From: Sphagnum compactum
Lineage: Eukaryota
Length of the DNA: 64,000 nt
Direction of reading: 5' to 3'
NCBI GenBank assembly: GCA_965153455.1
Contig: OZ234493.1
Location: forward strand, 11,212,213 to 11,276,212
Below the pieces are notes generated by a model. It ran no database searches. It was not told the DNA's origin and saw only the letters and a list, made by a program, of their open reading frames with translations. Below, piece after piece: positions 40,501 to 52,380 of the stretch. Numbering within the stretch: position 1 is the stretch's first letter; each line of letters starts with the position of its first letter. Both the position numbers and the translations under genes were made by a program.

Positions 40501-41680
40501 CTTCAGATATTAGACTGGTTATTATGGCCCAAGATGGTCTACAATCACCTGAAGTTTACTCACCCTGCTTTAAAAATCCTGAACACTTCTGCTACAATGT
40601 CCAGCCAGGGTGAAACTCTCTTGACCCAGTTTCATGGACAACAAAAGTGGCCACAATCATAAACTGCTGGAAATTAAAAGGGTGAAAACACAGACCATTA
40701 GACAATTTATAGCATACAATACTCCTTTTTCTATCTCTGCTGCAGTTCAAACTTTTCAATGCAGATAATTAGACTGATTCAGAGTCACTAAACAATCAAG
40801 CAGGTCATTGAAATTATTACACCCCAAAAATCTCTCTTGATGGAAATTTTGGTCAAAAATCATTTCCACCCTAAAGTAAAGCTTTTAAGGTGCTTCTGCT
40901 TCTTAAACTTTGAAGAGACTTTGAGAATTTTTTGAACAGCCACCTTCAATGAATATCATAGTTCTGCCTCACCTGTGAAGATGTCCCAAAGCCATAAGCA
41001 GCCACAAATGGTCTTGATGGTCACATTATTGCATGTGTAGGTGTAAAAAACTAACTGGCACTTAATTTCTTTAGATTTGACTGGAGGTTAGGATGTGCAT
41101 CTTCAGGGAATGATTAAGCCTTGGCCACTGTGGTGGGCCATACTGAAGGTTGACACTAAGTACTCGATTGAGATTTGCAGAAACAATGATACTGACTTAA
41201 TCAGCATCGTAAAACCCTGTGAAAACCCTAGCCTTGCAGAGACAAAAAAAAGAAAAGAAAAGAAAAAGCAATAAAGGTTTGAAGAACAAAAGCTTGAAAG
41301 AGAATGCAGGAGATAAGCTCACAGAGTACCCAGAACAAAAGAAAGAGGAAGTAGCGCAAGGAAGAGAAAGAGAAAATGACGCAAAAGAGCTGGTAAGAAT
41401 CCAAGACACAAGCCTTTCAGAGAAACAAGACAGCAAAAACCCTTCAATCAATGTCTGCAGAGAAAACATTCACATTCACCAGCAATGGATCGAAAGCGCA
41501 TTCGAAGTTAACTGACCGAATTTCCAAAGCCTTGCTCAAGCAATCTGCTGCCTCGTCATAAGCTTCGACGCGGAGAGCTCCACAGCCAAGATCGTTTAGG
41601 CGCTGAGCATCATACAGGACTCCTTTCTTTGATTCCTCACCATCGGTGTTACATGTCTCCATTGTCGCTACAGATGGCAT
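37518..41680 (-). CDS. NASP: NASP/SIM3-family TPR (SHNi-TPR) histone H3 chaperone, 6 exons, ~490 aa
   Basis: Exons 41680-41517, 39917-39751, 39553-39356, 38902-38812, 38657-38297, 38009-37518; all GT-AG, phases consistent, total 1473 nt. Motifs: A.DCLSKALEIRVQHYGELA.ECA.TYYKYGCAL, acidic insert, DLEDAWKMLE.AR.I, ALHILEGLVEPDSRILAEL, VTHLGVVGRGVKR. Confidence 0.92.
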
Positions 41681-42526
41681 ATCCCCCGGCTCTCTCAAAA
41701 AAATTGCTCTCTATGTGCGTCAGAGCCTGTATGTCAGTGTATCTATCTCAACCACTTAGACTCAAAGGAGAGGGAAGATGTCGTCTTCTACTTCCAATAA
41801 GAAAACCCGTGGGGCAAAAGAAAAAAAAAACAAAAACAAAAAAAAAGGGATATTTACAAACAAGTAAATAACCTGCAAACATGCAAGAAAGAAGAAACAC
41901 AAGAACCGAAAAGACAGAGATGCAGAACACCTTTACGATACGAATGTTCGAGCTCTGGAGCAAAAACACCGAGACGAGAAAACAGCAACAGTTTCAAGGG
42001 GATGGCAAAAAAGCGCTGGGATAAAATAGGAGAGAAAACGGTGAAAACGGGGAACGAAAGCAGCAGAGCGGACAACAAAAGGACAGTGTAAGAGACCGGG
42101 AGAAGCATAACAAGCGCGGGAGAGAGAGAGAGAGGGGTAAGAGAAAAACGAAAAGCTCGTATGTTTCCCGCGACAAAACAGCCGCAGGAGAGAGAGACGA
42201 AGTTCTCAATGTTCCCTTTGTTCCCCTGTAATGTGGAACTCTGGGAACATTATTCGGATCTTCTCGGATTCTTTATAGAATATTATTGTAGTAAGCCGAG
42301 TAATGAGCACTAAGGGGGGAGGAGGGGGGGGAGGGGGGTAAAGAGTAAAACTTTTTTTACATAAGAAGCAAGTAAAATGTAAATGTCAAAAAATTTGGTA
42401 GGGTAAGTGTGATTTACATTTCCTCGAGTTTATTATTCAAACGAGTACATGTGTGTTCACACTTATCCTTTCGACAATGATTAGAACCTAGTTCAATGTG
42501 AATGAGGTTGGATTTGAGCTTTTACA

Positions 42527-42940
42527 TGATTAGGGTTTTATCCTAAAGGAGAGTGTGCGTTTCTCAAGTCTCATTTTTGGTGATTAGGGTTTTATCCTAA
42601 AGGAGTGTATGTTTCTCAAGTCTCATTTTTGGTGATTAGGGTTTTATCCTGAAGGAGAGTGTGTATTTCTCAAGTCTCATTTTTGGTGATTAGGGTTTTA
42701 TCCCAAGGAGTGTATGTTTCTCAAGTCTCATTTTTGGTGATTAGGGTTTTATCCCAAGGAGTGTATGTTTCTCAAGTCTCATTTTTTGGTGATTAGGGTT
42801 TTATCCCAAGGAGTGTATGTTTCTCAAGTCTCATTTTTGGTGATTAGGGTTTTATCCCAAGGAGTGTATGTTTCTCAAGTCTCATTTTTTGGTGATTAGG
42901 GTTTTATCCCAAGGAGTGTATGTTTCTCAAGTCTCATTTT
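42527..42940. repeat. Minisatellite, 8 copies of a 51-54 bp unit, each containing a telo-box
   Basis: Unit TGATTAGGGTTTTATCCCAAGGAGTGTATGTTTCTCAAGTCTCATTTTTGG; copies start near 42527, 42581, 42633, 42687, 42738, 42790, 42841 and 42893. Confidence 0.95.
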
Positions 42941-44059
42941 GAAATTCGAGAACATGCTAGAAATATGAGGTATGCCAAGTATTCAAGGTTTGATTTTATT
43001 TTTTAATGTTTGTGTGCAATTGCAAGAGAATTGATCTTGATTTGATTTTGTGTGCACGTACCCTACTTATTTAATGTTTATTTGGGGCTACTCACTACAA
43101 TAATGACGATGAAACACCCATGAAGAAGATAAAGAGTTGAAAATTAAGTTTCATTCAAATGAAAACTGAATGACATTGCATGCAACTTGAATTGAATTCA
43201 AATTTAAATCGATTGTCATTTGATTCACATTCTAAATGAATTGAATTCCAATCAAATTCTTACATCAATTTGGTCCACGTGCTTGAAATTGATATTTCAG
43301 CTATGCAAAAAATTTCAAGCATTTCCCAAAATAGCAACAGGGGGATAGTACCTGCCTGGATTGTGTGTTGCAAGAGTGAAATCAACTCAAATCTCCGTCA
43401 ACAACACAGATATTCACTGCAATCTTCAAGAGTTAGTTGATGTATAATTGACAGAATCAATGCAAAACTCACATTCGGCACCGGGGTCTAGGTGTTGAGG
43501 ACATTTGAGCTGGAAAAGAAAATTATAAGACAGAGGAACAAGAATACAGGATGAAAGCCTCACTGGCACAATTGAATTTTCTCCTCAAATGAAAACCTTC
43601 ATAAGCTGTATAGACGGCACAAATGCTGCTTCATGGATAGAAAAACAATTCAGTACAAAAACATCTAATTGTACACATCAGAACACTGGCATGAAACTTT
43701 GGAACTGCTACTGTTGCACAAAAAAATGGAAAATGGTGCTTCAGAAATCTTAAATTGCAATTGACAGTCTTCCTGCTACAAAATCACCTCAGAAAAAGAG
43801 CACAGAAACTAGGATCTTAGCAAAAGAAGCATTTGATAAATTTTACTATGGAGGCCGTTTCATTGGTACAATTGCCTCCCAGATAGCCAACATGCATCTA
43901 CACTCAAAACATAATCTTAGAGAAGCTTGCTAATCATAATCTGCATGAAGGAGAAGCACATGTTACCTAGTGCTCTCTCAGGTATACTCCCAACTTTTCC
44001 AACCAGCTTTGTGTACAAAAACACTGACGGCAAGGGAAGCTAGATAGGCACAGCCTGAA

Positions 44060-47000
44060 CTAAGCAGCCTGTTCCTCAGGCTGTCGTGGAGGTGCCTCAT
44101 GGCTGGAACTTCGCCTCCAAATATCTGGTCGCTCATCATCCCGGCTACTTCGTTCACGATCAGAACCACCCAACCTACCACCTCCAGGGCCCCACCGATC
44201 CTCTGAAAGTCTTCCCCCAGCAAAGGGACGTGCAGGGCGAGATGGTGGTCCTTCATTGTAACCACCTCCACCATACCTTCCACCTCCACGGGGAGGAGCA
44301 TAGGTCTCCCCACGAGATCCTCCACGTGGAGGTTCATAAGCTCCTGGTCGGGCATGTGGAACCTCCAGGTCACGGTTCTGAGGAGGTTGATACCTGTTTG
44401 AAGGAGGTGGAGGAGCCCTGTCAACCTCCACCTCTGCTCCATGCTCAGACTCACGACTGGGAGCTAGCCCACGGCTTGCAAACAGCGGAGGCCGTCGTTC
44501 TTCGACTAGAGGACGGGCATCATGCCGGTCATTCCTGTTGTCTGAAAAGTCCATACCACTACGCCGGGGTTCTTCACTCTCAAGCCTCTTGCGAAGTGAG
44601 GGTGGGATGAACTTTCCAGGCTTGTCCTCAATCTTTGATTGTAGTGCTTCTCTTTCACGCTTCTCCCTCTCTTCAGCTTCAATCTCTCGCTGTCGCTGTT
44701 TTGCAGCAATCTCCTCCAGCTTGGCATGCCTGTCAGCTTCTTCTTTACGTTTCCGTTCCTCCTCTGAGACCAGAACAATCAAATTAGCACTTCATCAGGT
44801 GCTCAAACCTAAATGTTCAAAGTGGCATAACACCTGGACATGTGAGAATTTCGACAGCCTCCACCAGCAGCTAGTCTTGCATGATATGTAAATCCTCACA
44901 AAGACCAAGAAACAAAGCAAAGACTGGGATAATGGAGAGCAAACCTTCTAGCTTTCTGGCCTCTTCTTCCTCACGAATTTTGAGCAAACGAGCTTCCTCT
45001 TGTCTTCTGTAGTATTCCTTCTTGCGCCTCACTTCGCGTTCCTGAGACCTCAGTGACCGTTCCTCTGCAAGTCTTTCCTCACGCAAGCGCCTCAGCCTCT
45101 CAAATTCTCCCTCACGTCGGCTGACTACTTGCTGCTGGAAAAGATTCTGCTCCCACAAAATCAAGTCAGACAAAATACTCGGTTACAGAGACACAGTGCA
45201 TGCTCAACAGTCAGGATCATGCAAGATAAATGACACAAGAACACAGATGCTTCAGACCCATTCAACAAATACTACACATGGCAAGCACCTTGTCCTCAAG
45301 CATGTGGATGAGCCTGTTCTTCTCCACCAAATCTGTTTCATGCTGCTTCTGACTCTGATCGATTGCTTGCTGCAAACATGTACAGAACAAATCACGTCAG
45401 CCTACTCTTCCTGCCACTCATAAAACAAACATGTAGACTGTTTACTCATGTCTTGGGTGCCAATTGAAACAGGAAAGTTACCTCCTGCTGATCCTTGTAA
45501 AACTTCTCATCATCCTGCAATCGTTTCTGATGAGCTTCTTCAATCAGGGGTCTCTCTTCCTCCCGCTTGGCACGTTCCAAATGATCCATCGTCTTTGAGA
45601 GTTTTTGCAATTTGCGCTCCATTTCTGCCCTTTCTTTCATCTGTTCACTAAATGCCTCCTCCATAAGGCTCTGCTTAGTCAATTTTGTCACCTCCTGCAT
45701 TTTTTAAGACAGTACAAACATTGTTAATTCATATTCTTTATGGCACACATGCCAAAGCCCTGCAATCATGAGCATCCATCAGAAACTGAGCCGGCTACAA
45801 AAGGAACTCACCCCATCTCCTGTGGCCTTCTTGCCCTTTTTGCCTTTCCGCTTCTCAGCTTCTGCAAGGAGAGCTCTTGCTTCCTCAAGCTCCTTTTCTT
45901 CAATCTCCTTTCGAATCCTTGCTTCCTCTCGCCTTGCTGACTCATTTGCAAGCCTCTTGGCCTCAGCCTCTTCTGTCAGACGCTGCTGCTTCAATCTCTT
46001 TGACTCCTCTTCTCTTTCCTACATCCACGAAATGCAATCAGCTCACCTGTAAGGCATGCTCAAGGACAGAGATGTGCTGGAAACTTGCATCACCTAAACA
46101 AAAAGCACTGGAACGACATAGGATGACGAGGGATTAACTTTCCACCCACCATTTCAAGCATTTGCCTTTCCTGTTCTTCCTTTCTCCTCTCGATCAGGAC
46201 CTTGCGTGCCAACAGTTTCTTATGCTCTTTCTCAACAATGACTTCAAGCTCAGAAAATGGCTGACTCTGCCTGGAGGTCCTGTCACGTGTAGGTGGTTGC
46301 ATCATGCTGATAGCCTTGTTGAAGCGCTTAGCAAGAATTGTGAGGTGGTTCTTTATCTTCTCAGACTCTAAATCCTGCCATACAATAATCCCTTCAATTA
46401 GACAGCCTTTCCATCAAGAATTTGGATAAGAATGGATGTTAGAATTAACAAAAAATTAACCTGGCAAGAGACAACCACCTGGAACATTGGTAGCTATGTC
46501 AAGGTGAGCATGGAGATAAGCAGTCCAAAACAAGCTGCCCAAATGCTTACCTGACTGCCAAAACTGACAACTCCTTTGAGATGATCAATTTTGACTTGAA
46601 CAAAGTTGTACTTCACGGCATCAACTGTAAGCTTTTCGACAACAGAGAAGTCAAAGAAACTGATCATGTTGGTCAAGTTGGAAATTTTCATCGTCTGATA
46701 CACTTGAGACACCTGCATACCATAGCCACCATTTCTGTCAAAGGGAAAAAGAAGCTCGATGTTCTGAATGAATAACACTTAAGGCATACATAGGAATACC
46801 CACCACTCAAAATGCCAGTAGATAACACAAAATTGAGAACAAATAAGAAAACTTTAGGACACTGATTAATACAAAACAATAAGTTCACTCCATTCTTGAA
46901 GCACAAACCACCAGAAACATCAATGGAAGAGGACAGGAGAATGTGAGCATTATTTTGACCAACAGAAGTCATGCTATGATAGTATATCACCACATAAGAG

Positions 47001-50000
47001 AGGACTACCTGCTGAAGTACTCTGAGTGTGGTGAGCTTTTCCAAAGCAGGGACATACTGCTCAAGCTGCACTTCTGGAACTGGTGATGCAGATGACAGCT
47101 TGTCACTGAGCTTCGAAAGCCTCAACATGTGGGGCTGAACCTTTGCTGCAAGGTCAAGCGGGTGGAACTCATTCTCAACTAAATTGTACAGATCCTTCAC
47201 TTCCTGAGAGACATAAGTGAGCAGACCCTTTGCAACCTGCATGTTAACCAGCACCAACCAATAAAATAGAATGGGTTCAGAGATCCTGTAGACTGACAAG
47301 GAAAAGAACAATATTTCAGACAAATATGCCCAACTCTTGCTGATGCTACCATATATATCCAACGTCAACTCTCAGCCTCATCAAAAAGCCAATTGGGCTT
47401 ACACATTAAGTTTCAGCAGATAGTTTGACAAATAGACTAGTAGTAAGCTCATCCTTTCTTAGCAACTTCACAGAACTACCTGTCAGAATCGTGCAAATAT
47501 CTGGAGCCACACATTCACAGGTGGTTCATTTTACAAGCACTCAGAAAATCTGAAGGCCAATCCCCTAAGCCACAGACTAACAAACTGGTGAAAAGTTACT
47601 TACAAGCTCTGAGAGTAGGGCTGCCCTTGATAACTGCAAAAAATGACAACGAGAGATAAAAGTGTCAAGATCATGAGTCAACATACCAATACTGGAGCAT
47701 ACTACTCAATCACATACATCAAGTACTGTTTCTACACATAAAATACTTTAAATATGAAGTGAATCCAAAGATTTAGCATCACAAAACTTGCTTGGGCACG
47801 ACACAAGCACTCACCACTTCTCGGGAATCCTTTTTGGGGTCAAGTGTGAACCCCAAAAGGTTTGCCATCCGTATGTTCCTGTCTTTCTCCATCTCCAGTT
47901 CAAAATGGTGAGCACCATGCTTACAATCATAAGGTGCAACAGCAAGGGTTGCCAATAGGACAGATGAAGCCATCAACTGTAAATCTTTTGCTGTGAGGTT
48001 CTTGTTGTAGCTTCTCTGAAGATTGTAAAGTTTGTACCAAGCATAGGCATGATAAAGGTGACTGTCAGCAACCCAGAATATCTTGGTCAACTTTGCGTAG
48101 TAGATGGCCATCAGCTGGGGTTTGGGAGTCTTTTTCACCATTGTCATCAGTCCATGGATATCCTCAATTGAACGGAATGCCTCCTGCAGATAACACAACA
48201 AGCCATTATTCCTGGCACTATGCATGTCTTTTAAAACTTCTGTGTCAAACCCAACAGATATCTTAGCCATATTTGGCTTATGTGTCAGCAAAGGCTACAT
48301 CACATCCAAGAGAAAGATTCACCTGCCATAGCTCAAGCTCTGTGGCAATCTTGAGTTGCTCAAATCTGGTTTCAAGGTACAGCTGCAAGCTCTCTGGTTG
48401 AGTCAAATCAGGTCTATCCCGCTGGTCTCTGTACTTGTTAAGGTTTGTCAGATGGTTGCGGAGGATTTCACAGAGTCGCCGAAACTCAGTCGTACGCTTG
48501 TATTGTAAGCAAAATTGGAATGCACGATGAGCTGTCATCTGTGAAAAAACAAATGACCCATGAGCACTTCCCAGGGGCAAGTAGATTCCACAAAATTCAT
48601 GTGAATCTTCTATCCCAGGGTAACACAAATCTCAGCACCAACTCAGAAATTTGGCCGCAATCCTAACCGATCTATTTGGAAAATTGGTGGGATACAATTG
48701 CATTTTCATCCCAGTACAGATTTAAAGTAACATGTTCAAGAGAATTAGGGATCCAGCTTGTCTGGACAAAGGTCAATATATAAGTAAATAAAGACATACG
48801 GCATATAAAGACTCGAGCTTGGAGTTGTTACGTAGAATCTCCAGAACAGTTCGGTAGGTCTCCCATAAGAACTTGAACCATGGAGTAACGAGTTCGCGGT
48901 CTGAGCGCTCCTTTCCCTTCTCCCCACTCACATAACTCATCATCAAATCCTCAGGTCTCTTCTCTGCCTCCAAATCCTCAATATCCAAGGTCACTTCAGC
49001 TGCTTGTGCCTGTGCTTGCTCTGCCCGTTCACTAGACAGCTGCAAGAAGTACTTTATCACCTCCTCCAGTGAGCTCACATTCACTTGCTGGCACACAATA
49101 CGGTACTGGATGAGACCATCCTTTGCAAACCTGCCCTTCTTCATGTCTACACAGAGCTCCACATACTTGAACATAATTTTCTCAAGAGTTTTCTGCCATG
49201 CCCGGTATCTCTTTGAGGTGATCAGATCATGAAGAGCTTGCAATGCTGCCTGCTTCTGTCCAACATTCATCAACTCTGCAACCACTCAAGGCAACGTTAT
49301 CAATGAGCTAAGCTACAGACCCAAACACTCAACAAACCTTCAAACATGTCCCTGAGAGACTGCAAAACGTCCACTCAAGTGCCACAAAATGTAAACTCCT
49401 CTGACCAAAGAGCCAGGCTGCAGAAGAGATGCTGTCAACAGCTATCTCTCCATCCTAAATTAAGTTCCCAGATTCAATAGGCCAGGGTCACAGACCAGGC
49501 CCCACTATCAAATTCAGCAAATTTGGGGTCACATAAAATTGTCAAGACAATCTCCTGAGGGCATCCACTGAAACTTTCTTTTCAACGATCAAGAACTAAG
49601 ATAAGGCTTTAATGAGGCAATGCATCCCTTCTCTCCAATCTCAATTGCAGGCCATAAGAGCCTGGTCTACTACTTGATCAGTGGACATTAGGACTGTGAT
49701 TGGCCCTGTGATGCTGCAAACCATGTCTTTTCGACTGATTGTGCCTAATTGAGAAAATCCAACCTAAATACTTCAAATGACATACTGAATCCCATAGGTT
49801 CAATCAGCAAAAGCTAACACAACATTGCAAACCAATGCCAACATAATTCCTAATAAGCCAGAAAGGTGAGTGCATGTAAACTCGTGGATAGGCTGGCCAA
49901 CAAATTTAGGGTTCTGGCATGATGCCCAAGCATGTGGGGAGCCTAAAGCATGATTCATATGCAGCAATGCTGCACTGCAGCTTCTGAAAAATCCTCCAAC

Positions 50001-50540
50001 CTCTCCTATAGTGCACAAGTTGTTTTCAAGACCGAGATCCTATCTAAATTCTCCAACAAACAGCTTAGAACCTCGGTCTCACTCACAAAATTCAGCAGTT
50101 TCATAATCCACCAGCTGCACTCTTATCCAAATTTCAACGATTCTCTTTACTAGTAAGAGCAACCAGCTGATCCAGAAAGCCTGAACGACAAGTGCCGCGT
50201 GCACATATCCAGGCACAGCCTCCGACAGCAATACAGAAGATGCTGATTCAAAGTAGAAAGTCTACAAGAACCATCCGCAGAGATAAACAAAATGCCCGAC
50301 GACACATCGCATCCCCTTCAACAATTATCACACACTACCTCTTCAACCTAAGAAAACCGGTGCTATACGCTAACAGTAAGAAAGGAATCAACGCACGAAC
50401 CAAAATCAACTCTTATACGAAGAAAAAAGAACAAGAGGAGACACACACATGTGGATATCAACAGAAAGAGGAAAAGGATTGGTTTCAAAACTACCTTCCG
50501 CCCGCTTGAGAGCGTTCTCGGGCTTGGCGAAAGTCGCCAT
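44060..50540 (-). CDS. eIF3a: Eukaryotic translation initiation factor 3 subunit A, 13 exons, ~1052 aa
   Basis: Exons 50540-50495, 49275-48800, 48538-48323, 48183-47815, 47633-47604, 47236-47009, 46712-46551, 46374-46150, 46018-45812, 45694-45482, 45369-45289, 45146-44945, 44763-44060; total 3159 nt, phases consistent. N-terminus [43 protein letters not shown] region, charged coiled coil and R/G/P-rich tail. Confidence 0.96.
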
Positions 50541-50736
50541 GGTGAGCAGAGACCGGCGCAAGATAAATCAGCGCCTCCTCTACGGCCTGCAGCGACTTAA
50601 AACAGCAGCATATAAGGCACAGATGGAGGCAGAAAACAAAGGGACGAGCAAAGCCTCCGCGGAATATGACAGACACACACGGAAAGAGCAGCAGCGATGG
50701 AGGCTACTACACTGAAGCAAACCCCTTCAGAGCGCC

Positions 50737-50745
50737 AAACCCTAA
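50737..50745 (+). promoter_or_regulatory. Telo-box (AAACCCTAA) in the eIF3a 5' region
   Basis: Exact motif ~200 bp upstream of the eIF3a ATG. Telo-boxes are characteristic of plant translation-machinery promoters. Confidence 0.6.
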
Positions 50746-52380
50746 TTTTCTCTAACTGAGCTTACTACCGTGCGGAATCCGAACTCTGCCGTTAGATTCC
50801 TCAAGAACGACCATCCGGACGGTGCAGATGGCGTGCGATACCGCGCGGGCGTCAGGCGACGTAAAAGCCGAGTCGGTGCTCTGGTGTTTGAGCGGTTCTT
50901 TACTTGCAATAAGAAACCGTCGGGTATTTCACCGGTTATGTAAGTTTCATTTCTATTTTCCCTTTTATATTCCAGGGACCAGCGTTTGATTTTGGTGTGA
51001 AATTTCGCCAAAATGAAAAAAATCGAAATTTTTTTGTAGTGATTCTTTTCATTTTTTTAGCAATTTTTTTCTTCTAAATTACACAAAAAACCCAAAAAAT
51101 TCCAATTTTTTCCAAATTGTTTTGTCCCCCCCTCTCCATGCAAAAACTCACCCGAAAAAAAAGAACCAAAAAACAAAAAACTAGTGTTATGTGGTTATTT
51201 AATTTTTGTTAAATAACCTTTCATTTGAATTTAAGTTTTTTTTGAACCTTTGATTTCTAATTAAAAACCTTTGATTAAAAATAAAAGGTTTTAAATTAAA
51301 ATCAAATTCTAAAATTAAAACCTTTGATGAAAACCAAAGTTCAAAAATATTTAAAACCTTAATATTCAAAGGTTTTATTGGAATCAAAGGTTATTAAAAT
51401 CAAAGGAGGAGATAAAAACAACAAAACCCATATGGGTTTGCAAAGTCTTTCAAGGGGAACATTCATTTATTTGTTCAATTTCAAAGAACTTGTATACAAA
51501 GTGTGAGGTCCTTTAGTAATATAATCCTTTGGTCTGTCCACCATGGACTTTCATCCATTAAGAAAAAACAGCAAGCCTAAGATGGCATATCTGAGATGGA
51601 AAAAATTTGTGTGTTCCCCAGAAATTGGCAACCTTTGGAAGAGTCTGTTCATTCATAGTAGAGGACATTTGAAAGTCTCTGTGTCCTATGAGACGAATCA
51701 ATTAAATATAATAATAACCCATTTGTTCAATTTTTTGGTTCATTTATTGGAGTTATGCGTAAAATCCCAGGATTATGGGGGTTTGAGAACGACCAGTTTC
51801 AACATAATAGGGCATCAAATGCATAACTAGGAATGAAAATTTTACAAAGCGAAATAACTGGGACCCAAACGAGTTTTTCCACCAATTTTGGTTTGGTGGT
51901 AAACTGAGTTTCATCCTGTCTTTCCTTTTTCGGAGCGCCTCCACTGTGCTATATATATTTGGTTGCTCCAACCTATACAACTACTATAATTACTCTCAAA
52001 CCTTGTGCATTTAATGCTGAGTTTCGGCATTTCATACTCAGATTTAATCAAATTTCCTTACTTTCCAGATACCACAGAAAGAAGGGATAGGGGGTGAAAG
52101 CATCCCCTTTTTCAACCTTTGTGCACAAATTGTCACCCACAAATTGGTTCCGAATTCAAGCCAAAATTGTACCTCAAATCCTTCATGGATGCAAATTCTC
52201 GTCCCCTTGGGGGCAAAGCCAACAAAAGGGAAGTAAAACATGAGGAAAAAGCAATAGCCAAACCTGCAGGACCTGACTACCATTAACAATAGGAGATGCA
52301 GTAATTTCATAATTTTATCACTCTCCTTTGCATTTATATCACACTCTCTCCTTTGCAATGCATTTGCTTCCTCTGTACCT

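Noticed and set aside
42527-42940. Regularly spaced repeats resembling a CRISPR array
   Set aside because: Units are contiguous with no unique spacers, there are no cas genes, and the context is eukaryotic. It is a minisatellite.
43978-44891. Several overlapping or antisense ORFs of 90-174 aa over the last eIF3a exon
   Set aside because: Shadow frames of GC-rich low-complexity coding sequence, with no independent motifs.
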